64,000 nt of DNA from Pirellulales bacterium (GTDB taxonomy: Bacteria; Planctomycetota; Planctomycetia; Pirellulales; PALSA-1355). The stretch lies in NCBI GenBank assembly GCA_963733035.1, contig CAVTBU010000004.1, positions 320,001 through 384,000 on the forward strand, written 5' to 3'. A program made the position numbers and the translations under genes. The notes beneath the pieces are model-generated. The model saw only the letters and a list, made by a program, of their open reading frames with translations. It had not been told where the DNA came from and searched no databases. Below are positions 49,644 through 58,303 of this stretch, piece by piece (position 1 is the stretch's first letter; the number at the start of each line of letters is the position of its first letter).

Positions 49644-52583
49644 TTATTTTGATTCGCCAGTGAAAAGCGCGACGGGAAAGCTTGCCAAGACATCCTCCAC
49701 CTCCAGCGACAGACCACCGTCCGCCGACGGCACCGCTTGCACGGTTTGGCCCGTGAATCCGTGAATCAGTTCCGCCGGCGCGTCGGCCGGCAAGGTCAAT
49801 GTTGTCTCCCGCCACCAAGGAGCCAGCGCCCAGCGTGGTTCTTTGGCATCGAGTGCGGCGGATTCCACGCCTAAACTGCGCCAGGCTTCCATCGTAAACC
49901 TGGGTACGACGCACAGGCTCCATTGCCGACCGTCGACGCGCGCGAAGGCGATGACGTTCGCCTTGCGAGGTCCCTCGCATTCGAGGGGAAGATAGTGGCC
50001 ACGATTTAGTTCCGCTCGTTCGCCACGCAGGCGCAGCGTCCGCCAGGTTACAAACAACTTGATCAGTTGGTCGGGCCATTGGCTGAGCAAGTCCGCCGAG
50101 AGGCGTGAGAGATTCTTTTTGGCGCGCGATGCGATGCTGCGGAGCGCCTTCTGGCGTGCGGAAAAATCCACCGGACGCCGATTGTCGGGATCGACCAGGT
50201 TAAAGTCCCAGAACTCGACACCTTGGTAGAAGTCTGGAACGCCCGGAACGCACATTTTCAAGAACAGCTGCGCCAACGAGTTGGTAAACCCGGCGTTGGC
50301 GATCGAATGCGCGAACTCGTCGACGTCTCGGACAAATGGCAGTTTTGTGCTGCCCAGAGTTGCCCGCACGAAACCCGCCACGGCCTGATCGTACTCCTCA
50401 TAGGGATTCGTCCAACTTGTATGCCGTTTGGCCTCGCGCAGCGCCTTGTCGACATAGCGGACAATCCGCTCGACGTAGGCAACTCGTTGCCTTTCATTGA
50501 GCGGATCGATCGGCCAGGTACCGACCAAGGTTTGATAGATCAGGACCTCTTCGTTCGCGTCGGGCACAGGCTCACCGTCTAGTTCGACGCGCATTTCCGC
50601 GTTCATGCCCTGCCAGCGAGAAAGCCGGGCCTCCCATTCGTCAGGCACTTCGGAAAGCACATTCAGCCTGGCCCGCATGTCCTCGCCACGCTTCGTGTCG
50701 TGCGTTCCGGTAGTCAACATCGTATGCGGCCAGGCAGTCTCCTGGTCCTGGATGCAGCGGTGAAAATGTTCAACCGAGGTGCCGGGCGTGGCGGGCTCGC
50801 CGCCTACTTCATTGAGCGAAGCCAGCGGATAATATCGATAAAAGGCCGTGTCTTCGGTTCCCTTGGCCGTCACCGGGCCCGTGACTTGCTGGAATTTCAA
50901 CACGAATTGTCGCCGCACGCCGCGGTCCTCGTCGGAAAGACCATCGGGGTCCTCCAACAACAATACCGAGGCGATGAAATCGAAGAACGAGGCACTCATC
51001 GCCGGATTTCGCCGCTTCGCCACTCTGACGGCCGCCATGATCCGGCGACGATCTTCCTCGCGTACCTCGTCGCAGTTAGGCCGGATGTAGGTGCGGTACA
51101 CGGGAAAACAGGCGACCACCTCGCGCAGTGCGCGGAACAGCGAGAGCCGCGTGAAATCGCGCGACCAACGGTGCTGTTCGGAAATGCGGTCGAGTTGATG
51201 CGAGAGCGTGTAAAGCTCGGCCGAAAGAGATGCCGAGAGGATCGCGCGTTTGCTCTCGTGGAGCACGTCACTCCATGAAGTCCAACTGCCGATGAAACGT
51301 GCATAGGCGTCACGCAAGGCATATCCGCCTCGGCGGTCGACGAACAGGCCATTTAGCAGGTTAAGAAAGTCATAACCGGTCGTACCGTGGGTCAACCACT
51401 CTTGCGGCAATGCCTCGTCATGGGCGAGGATCTTTTCGACCACGGTGTACAACCGAAGATGCGGCTCGCTCACCTCCTGTTCGCCAAGGGCGCGACCGGT
51501 GGCATCGGCCAGATTCTCAAGGTATTGCTGCGGATCGCGCAAACCGTCAGCATGGTCGATTCGTAGCCCGGTCACCCATCCCTCGCCAACCAACCGCAGT
51601 ATCTCGGCGTGCACGGCCTCGAAGACCTCCGGATCTTCGACGCGAATCGCCGCCAGCTCGTCGATATCGAAGAACCGACGGTAGTTAATTTCGTCGGTCG
51701 CCACGCGCCAAAAGCACAACCGGTAAGCCTGGGCGGCCAGGAAGGCATCAAGCAGGTCGAAGCTCGCCAAATCGCCGCGACGCCCATTGAAATCCTTGGT
51801 TGTCCGGTCAATCGCCTCTCTCACCTCTTTGCTCGCCTCGATTAGTCGGGCCAACCGGCCCCCGGCAACTTCCATTTCGCGATGCCGCTCCTGCATCGCC
51901 TCCGATTCCGTTTCATTGCGGTGCGGCAAATGCTCCAAAGCCGTGATGATGCTTTCCATTTCCATCCGCTCGAGAACTTCCGCATCGAGCTGCCTGGCGA
52001 CGTATGTCAGGGCGTGTTGCAACACCGGCACCCAGGTTCCCGGATCGGTCGGCAATCGGCGTTCGTAGTAGCAGACCACAAACTGCTGGTCTTCGTACGC
52101 CAATTGCAGTTGTTGGTCTTCCAACACCTTTCCAAACTGATCGCCCAGCACCGGAAGCAAGACTTTACCTCGGAGCGCCTCTTTCGGCGGGTTCCAATCG
52201 ATGTCAAAATACCTGGCATAGGGCGACGCGGGACCGTTGGCCAGCACATCTTGCCACCAGCCATTGTGCGGATCGTCGATCCCCATGTGATTGGGCACAA
52301 TATCCACGACCAAACCTAACTTATGTGCCCGAAGTGATTCGGCGAGGGCCTGGAATTGCTTCTCGTCCCCCAACGCCGGATCAAATTCGCTGTGGTCGAC
52401 GACGTCGTAGCCGTGGGTGCTGCCGGCACGTGCTCGGAAAAAAGGCGATAGATAAGCCGCGCCAATGCCTAGTTCCGATAGATAGCCGACCAACCCCCGC
52501 GCATCGGCGAACGACAGTTGCCCGCAGAGTTGCAGCCGGTAGGTGGCGCTGGGAATCGAAGGCAACGGCAAACTCACGGGCAC
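49644..52583 (-). CDS. treY: Malto-oligosyltrehalose synthase
   Basis: PSATYRLQ, GSTHGYDVVD, DIVPNHMG, INYRRFFD, GLRIDHADGL, VEKIL, LNEVGG, THDTKRGED, LVDPDNRRPVD. Confidence 0.96.
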   Translation of the reverse strand: MPVSLPLPSIPSATYRLQLCGQLSFADARGLVGYLSELGIGAAYLSPFFRARAGSTHGYDVVDHSEFDPALGDEKQFQALAESLRAHKLGLVVDIVPNHMGIDDPHNGWWQDVLANGPASPYARYFDIDWNPPKEALRGKVLLPVLGDQFGKVLEDQQLQLAYEDQQFVVCYYERRLPTDPGTWVPVLQHALTYVARQLDAEVLERMEMESIITALEHLPHRNETESEAMQERHREMEVAGGRLARLIEASKEVREAIDRTTKDFNGRRGDLASFDLLDAFLAAQAYRLCFWRVATDEINYRRFFDIDELAAIRVEDPEVFEAVHAEILRLVGEGWVTGLRIDHADGLRDPQQYLENLADATGRALGEQEVSEPHLRLYTVVEKILAHDEALPQEWLTHGTTGYDFLNLLNGLFVDRRGGYALRDAYARFIGSWTSWSDVLHESKRAILSASLSAELYTLSHQLDRISEQHRWSRDFTRLSLFRALREVVACFPVYRTYIRPNCDEVREEDRRRIMAAVRVAKRRNPAMSASFFDFIASVLLLEDPDGLSDEDRGVRRQFVLKFQQVTGPVTAKGTEDTAFYRYYPLASLNEVGGEPATPGTSVEHFHRCIQDQETAWPHTMLTTGTHDTKRGEDMRARLNVLSEVPDEWEARLSRWQGMNAEMRVELDGEPVPDANEEVLIYQTLVGTWPIDPLNERQRVAYVERIVRYVDKALREAKRHTSWTNPYEEYDQAVAGFVRATLGSTKLPFVRDVDEFAHSIANAGFTNSLAQLFLKMCVPGVPDFYQGVEFWDFNLVDPDNRRPVDFSARQKALRSIASRAKKNLSRLSADLLSQWPDQLIKLFVTWRTLRLRGERAELNRGHYLPLECEGPRKANVIAFARVDGRQWSLCVVPRFTMEAWRSLGVESAALDAKEPRWALAPWWRETTLTLPADAPAELIHGFTGQTVQAVPSADGGLSLEVEDVLASFPVALFTGESK

Positions 52584-52827
52584 TCCATACTTTCGGCCGA
52601 CGGCATCATCGACGCTCGAGCGAATGGATCGAACGTCCGCCGAACTGGTCGTTCCTCATACAACGCGACATCCCACCGCGGACCAGCCAGATTACCCCCT
52701 GCGTTTGCGCGGGTTTTGCCCATCGATCCGCCCACGAAGGGCGTTTGAGCGGGCACAAATATCATAGCAGTTGGCTAGCTCACCGGCGGCCTATGCAGAA
52801 GACGCGCCAAGCGATCAATCAGACCGG

Positions 52828-52843
52828 CGGCGCGCCAATTGCA
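52828..52843 (+). promoter_or_regulatory. Candidate sigma54 promoter in treY / amylo-1,6-glucosidase divergent region
   Basis: CGGCGCGCCAATTGCA matches GG-N10-GC with TTGCA at -12, about 315 nt before ATG 53157. Confidence 0.45.
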
Positions 52844-53156
52844 AATAGGTGACACATTCTATCGCAAACGGCCATCGACGTGCATGTGCCGCACCCAGAA
52901 TTGACCAAATTTCCTGTACAACCTGAGTTAACGTTGATCGAACGAAGAAACTTGGTCGGGGTTGAACGCCGTATCGGCGCATTGATTTCCATGTTTCGGC
53001 CCCGGCGGCCGAAGCGCGGATGCTTTCGATCGCGGCTGTCGTCGCGTGGAAATCGTATGCTGGTTGGCACATGACCGTTCGGCTCGGTTCTTGTGACGGG
53101 CGATGTCCCGCGAACCGCGTCCGCGACAATGCATCCTCAACCGCCGGTGAGAGTTT

Positions 53157-55211
53157 ATGCAAGCGCCCGCAGCAAGTCCCCTTGTTACCCGTACGCTGTG
53201 GCGCGACGGCGAAGACCGCGACCCACGGCAACTGGTGACGCGCGAATGGTTGGTTGCCAACGGACTGGGCGGGTATGCGTCTGGCACCATCTCCGGAATT
53301 GCCACTCGCCGTTACCACGGCCTACTGGTTGCCTCGTTTCCCGGTTCGCTTGGGCGGATGATGATGTTCAATCACCTGGTCGAGGTCGCGAAACTTGGCG
53401 ACCGGACAGTCGTTCGGCTGGCCGGCGACGCCGCTACCGGAAAAACTGAATCCTGGTCCGTGCCGCAAACCTTGTCCAGCTTTACGCTGGAAAACGGGCT
53501 GCCGGTTTGGCACTATCGGCTCGGCGAGTCGACGCTCGAAAAACGTTTGATCATGCCGCACGGCGCCAACACCGTCCATGTCCTGTACCGTTTTGTCGGC
53601 GGCAAAGACCCCCTGCGTTTGCTTTTGCAACCTGGACTTCATTTCCGCGGCCACGAGTCACCCGTCGAAGAGTCGGACTTCAGTGCTTACCAAATCCACG
53701 TCATGGGGCAAAGGGTCGAGATCTCAACGAGTGAAGGTATATGCCTGAGGTTGAAACTGCATCACAAGCAACGAGCCCTGGTACTCGATCGGCGCCACTA
53801 CGACGTTGAGTATCCGCTCGAAGCACATCGCGGCTATGCGCACCGCGACCGACTATGGTCGCCCGGGCACTTTCACGTCGACTTGGCACCGGGCGAGCGT
53901 GTCGTGTTGACAGCTTCGACCGAAAGCTGGGAAGCCGTGGAAGCCGTCGGACCGCACGAGGCTTGTGAAGCGGAGGTGCGGCGGCGCGGGCGGCTTGTCG
54001 AGCAGGCGGCGCCGGAGGCCCGCTCGGATTTCGGTGCTGAGCTCGTCCTTGCGGCCGACCAGTTCATTGTTGCACGCGGTCCTCGCAATGCAGACGAGGC
54101 CAGATCGACTGTCGCGGGCTACCACTGGTTCACGGAGTGGGGCCGTGACACGATGATCAGTCTCGAAGGGCTGACCCTGGCGACCGGGCGGCATGAAGAT
54201 GCACGCCTCATTTTGGGTACATTTGGACGACACATCCGTGACGGCTTGATTCCCAACTTATTTCCGGACGGCGCACAAGCCGGACTTTATCATACTGCTG
54301 ACGCCACACTCTGGTACTTTCATGCGCTCGATCGGTACCTCGCCTACACCGGTGACGTGGACACGCTCCGCGACTTACTCCCTAAATTCCAGAACATTGT
54401 GGACCATCATCTGGTGGGAACACACTTTGGCATCGGTGTTGATCCCGCAGACGGTCTGCTAAGGCAAGGTGCCCCCGGCTATCAGCTCACTTGGATGGAT
54501 GCGAAGGTCGGCGATTGGGTCGTCACGCCGCGGCGCGGTAAGGCGGTCGAAATCAATGCCCTGTGGTACAACGCCCTGCGATTGCTGGAAGGTTGGTATC
54601 AGTCGCAAGATCAAAATCAAGCCGCGGCAAACATTGCCGAACATGCCGCGCAGGCGCGCGAATCGTTTAATGCCCGCTTTTGGTGCCGGGAGCGGGGATG
54701 GCTTTACGACGTCGTCGACGGTGAAGGGCCCGACGACGCGTCGCTCCGGCCCAACCAACTACTGGCGATTTCCTTGCCGCATCCGGTTTTGGACCAGGGC
54801 CACTGGTCGGCGGTTCTGGAAATCGCCAGGCAGAAGCTGCTTTCACCGGTCGGTCTCAGATCGCTGGGGCCCGCTGAACGGGACTACAAATCGCGCTATT
54901 CGGGCGATCTGCGGGCGCACGACGCGGCCTATCACCAGGGAACCATCTGGGCGTGGTTGATCGGACCTTTCATTGACGCCTGGCTTCGCGTCCACCCTGA
55001 CCAAATTACCTCTGCGCGACGGTTCCTTGAAGGCTTTGAGCCGCACCTCGATGAACACGGCACCGGCACGATCAGCGAAATCTTCGACGCCGACCCGCCT
55101 TTCACGCCTCGCGGATGCATCGCGCAGGCCTGGAGCGTCGCGGAGGTCCTGCGGTGCTGGATCAAGACCGCAGCCAGGACGGACTCGACGCCGAAAAACG
55201 CGCAGTCGTAA
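53157..55211 (+). CDS. Amylo-alpha-1,6-glucosidase (GDE_N + GDE_C glycogen debranching family)
   Basis: REWLVANGLGGYASGT, TRRYHGLL, AGYHWF.EWGRDTMISL, TWMDAK, PRRGKAVEINALWYN, LRPNQ, YHQGTIW, GCIAQAWS. Confidence 0.94.
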   Translation: MQAPAASPLVTRTLWRDGEDRDPRQLVTREWLVANGLGGYASGTISGIATRRYHGLLVASFPGSLGRMMMFNHLVEVAKLGDRTVVRLAGDAATGKTESWSVPQTLSSFTLENGLPVWHYRLGESTLEKRLIMPHGANTVHVLYRFVGGKDPLRLLLQPGLHFRGHESPVEESDFSAYQIHVMGQRVEISTSEGICLRLKLHHKQRALVLDRRHYDVEYPLEAHRGYAHRDRLWSPGHFHVDLAPGERVVLTASTESWEAVEAVGPHEACEAEVRRRGRLVEQAAPEARSDFGAELVLAADQFIVARGPRNADEARSTVAGYHWFTEWGRDTMISLEGLTLATGRHEDARLILGTFGRHIRDGLIPNLFPDGAQAGLYHTADATLWYFHALDRYLAYTGDVDTLRDLLPKFQNIVDHHLVGTHFGIGVDPADGLLRQGAPGYQLTWMDAKVGDWVVTPRRGKAVEINALWYNALRLLEGWYQSQDQNQAAANIAEHAAQARESFNARFWCRERGWLYDVVDGEGPDDASLRPNQLLAISLPHPVLDQGHWSAVLEIARQKLLSPVGLRSLGPAERDYKSRYSGDLRAHDAAYHQGTIWAWLIGPFIDAWLRVHPDQITSARRFLEGFEPHLDEHGTGTISEIFDADPPFTPRGCIAQAWSVAEVLRCWIKTAARTDSTPKNAQS

Positions 55212-55763
55212 TTACGCCGTCGCCGCGGCGACTCGTCCTGACTCGCGACGTTGCCCGCGGCACCGCTCCCTGGTTCTTAGTAGAGCCAATTCGGCGTCAC
55301 GCGCCAGCGACATTGGGCTGACCCCCGTGGACGGTCGGGCCGTTGCCAGTCCCACCGAGATCGTAACCGTGCGTCCGATTGGCGACCGCGGATGGGGAAT
55401 CACCAACGCCTCGGCCTGGAAGCAAATCTCAGACGCGACCCATTCGGCTTCGAGTGCGCCGGTTTCGGGCAAAATAACTGCAAACAAGCCGGCGCCCCAG
55501 GCGAATGCCACCGCGCCCGGCTGGCGGGCATTTTCCACGATCGCCGCGGCAACGGCATCAAGGCAATCGTCGCTGGCAGCGATGTCGCAGGCAGCCTGAT
55601 ACTGCTGAAAGAAGTCAATCTCCACTAGCAGCAGCGAGAGTGGGCTTCCACTTCGCTCATGAAACTTCCAATGTCGTTCCAGGGCAATGCCGAAATCCTC
55701 ACGGCAACCAATGCCCGCGAGCCCTCCGGCTATGGCAATCGTTTCCATCAGCGCGCTGTCCAT
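55212..55763 (-). CDS. Stand-alone degenerate GGDEF-domain protein
   Basis: GGGAGG RBS and ATG 55763. The scaffold PLSLLLVEIDFF, FAVILPET, VTISVGLA, L...A..AL is GGDEF-like, but the signature reads AWGAGLF. Confidence 0.8.
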   Translation of the reverse strand: MDSALMETIAIAGGLAGIGCREDFGIALERHWKFHERSGSPLSLLLVEIDFFQQYQAACDIAASDDCLDAVAAAIVENARQPGAVAFAWGAGLFAVILPETGALEAEWVASEICFQAEALVIPHPRSPIGRTVTISVGLATARPSTGVSPMSLARDAELALLRTRERCRGQRRESGRVAAATA

Positions 55764-55927
55764 GATGTTTTCCTCCCAAAAAAGATTCCGTTTGTCCCCC
55801 GGAGCCAGGGGAGCCCCAAGCAAAACGTAGCTTTCCGCGTCGGGTCGGCTGACGACGAAACGCGGAAAATCGGCCGTCTCAAGCCGGAAAACTCGCGCCA
55901 ACCGCCACGATCGGCATCAGCCGCCCC

Positions 55928-55953
55928 GCCCGCGGACCCTGCGGTCCGCGGGC
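55928..55953. terminator. Perfect 11-bp GC hairpin downstream of the peroxidase gene
   Basis: GCCCGCGGACC-ctgc-GGTCCGCGGGC. There is no clear U-tract, so the terminator role is uncertain. Confidence 0.4.
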
Positions 55954-55990
55954 CGGACGTTGCTATTTACACGAGCCGCTCTGCGAGACG

Positions 55991-58062
55991 TTACCGGCGC
56001 CGGTGACCAGTGGGTAACGCGCCCAGCAGATTCATATCCATCTGCTGCATCTGCCTGCTGACCTGGTCGAGGGCCATCGCATGCACCGGATCATGCCCAC
56101 GGTGTGGTCGCGCGGCGCCCTCAGGCTGGCGCCGAAATCGATCGAGGCAAACTCCTCGGCGCGCGTCAGGTCAACGTGCCGCACCATAGGCGTCGTCGCA
56201 CTCGCACCTCTTGGCAGCGACACGCGAACCTGGTATGTGCCCAACTCCAAGTCTTCAAATGCATAGCTTCCATCTCCTGCCGTCAGTGCCGACGCGATAA
56301 CGTTCCCATCGCTGTCGATGAGTTCCACGGTAGCGCCGGCCAGACCGCGCTCGTTTCGTCCCGGCCGATGGTTGACGTCGCCGTCGACAAACACCCGACC
56401 CTCGACGGAATTGAAAAATGCAAATACATCCGACTGCAAGTTCGTGATCGTGGTGTTATTGCGAATCACGTCGGCCAGGGTCGTACCTTGCACGCGTGCC
56501 AGATCGGGCCCGGAAAGGTCGCGCTGGTACCAGAATCGATCCCCGTCGCGCAGGCGCTGGAACTGATCGACGAGAATCCGTTGAAACAAGGGTCCCACGC
56601 TCGCTCCGCGCAGGTGGTCCTCGGCCAGGCCTCCCACCCAAAGATCGATGTTATTGACATCGCCTTGATAGGCTTCAGCCAACGCCTCTTGAAGCGCCGG
56701 ATCACTCGTGATCTCCGCGAAAGAAGTGACGGGCGACAGGCCATACGCCACGCGCGTGGCATTGTAGCTGGCCAACCCGTGGTCGCGTCCGCGCTGAATG
56801 TTCAGCGATGCCAGATCAAAGCCCCCGGCACCTGGTTCTCCGAATAGGAAATTTCGCAATTCGTCGACAACTTGATTGTCGATCTCCTGTGATGGATCCG
56901 ATGCCAAATACTTGAGAATCGGATCAATGCCGGTCTGCGCAACCAGCGCCGGATTGAAGAGGGCATCTCGCAGGGGAACCGCATCGTGCACTTCCTGGTC
57001 GTTATTGTCGAGAAACTCCACGTCGTTGCCGAGCATGCTGTGCCCCAACCGAAACGCCGCCGTGGAGAATTCATTGGCAATACCCGGATTCACGGTCGGA
57101 TCGTACCCGTGGTACGGAGACAAAGCATGATCTCCCAACAACGCGGGCAAGAACTCGTTGTAGGTGATCGCCTGGATTTCACCGACAACGAGCCGACGCG
57201 CTTGCTGATACAGTTGTTCATCGTTCCAATCGGGATGCTGCCCGGCCAATTTATCGGCCAGGCGATTATGCTCGCGCATGAACAGCGTCTGCATCGCGGT
57301 AAGCTCAATATTCTCGTTCGCGCGCACGTCGCCCGCCAGAAACAGCGACTCCGTTGGCAACCCAGTGGAATTATCGTTGGACAATCCATCCGTATTGTAC
57401 GGCAGCAGATTGCCTGCACTGGTTTTGAGGTGCCCGCCACTAAAGGTACGCAGTTCCGCGGCACGCGTTTCATCAGAACCGTAGATCTGGGAGCCGTCGA
57501 TGAACGCCGTAATGCGGTTTATTTGTTGCCGGGGATTGTCAGTTGACGTTCCGGTGGCCGGATCGTAGGAACTGCGATACATATCGATGGTGGCCGTCCC
57601 CGACCCTTGCGGGTCGAAGTACGCATCGCCCGTGGGTACGGCAATTGGCATTGGCTCGGCTGGATCGAATGTCGCATCCGTCAGGTCAATGCCATGGTCG
57701 ACGAACTGTCCCCATGCATAGACCATCGCCGAAAGATTCCGGTCGTTTACTATGTCTTCGGCGGTTTGCGACGCCAAAAGATTGCTGATTTCGCGAGCAC
57801 TGGCGCGATCTTCGCCGCCGGGGCTCGAAATGCCGTCGCCATAGTCGGCGGCAGCGGTACGCAACAGTTGCACGTCCGTGCTGCCCCAATCGGGATTCGC
57901 CAGGTTGTTGTCGACTCCCGTAATCGTGCGAACATCGGCCGCCAGCAGGTTGCGATGTTCGAGCGGTTCGAGGTGGAAAGAACGTAGTCGGCGACGCGGC
58001 GGTGCGGCCGTACCACGAAACAAGTCGCTGAGAGAACGATGCCAGACAAGGTGCGCGCGCAT
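55991..58062 (-). CDS. Secreted animal-type heme peroxidase (peroxidase-cyclooxygenase superfamily) with C-terminal SdrD/Cna-B-like domain; probable frameshift near 56112
   Basis: N-terminal RRR...LEPLEHRNLLA, WGQFVDH (distal His), GDVRANEN, LFMREHNR, AFRLGHS (proximal His), NIQRGRDHGL, DGDRFWY, then GRVFVD...GLAGATVEL...DGSYAF. The ORF track stops at 56032; an alternative frame gives GHDPVH...GHRRR with a stop at 55991. Confidence 0.9.
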
Positions 58063-58303
58063 GGTGATGCCTCCTCAAACGAACGGGGGAAAATGCCTCT
58101 GTTCCGACAGCAGAAAGGAAGCCGAGAGGAGGGAAGATGTGTGCCGCGCCTCGAGTGCCGGTTTTCGAGCGCAGTGCCTCTTCTCGTTGCCACCTCGACC
58201 CTAGTTCGCGCACCGAGAGCTGTACACCACCAAGGTTAGGTATCTCTTATCCGATGGCACCGAGCACGGAGTTACGATCGTGAACTACCGACCGTTCAGA
58301 CGC

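Noticed and set aside
52650..52725. Minus-strand GGGCAAAACCC-GCG-CAAA-CGC-AGGG upstream of treY, resembling the start of a c-di-GMP-I riboswitch
   Set aside because: It lacks the GNRA loop and the following GACGCAAA junction and second stem of the class.
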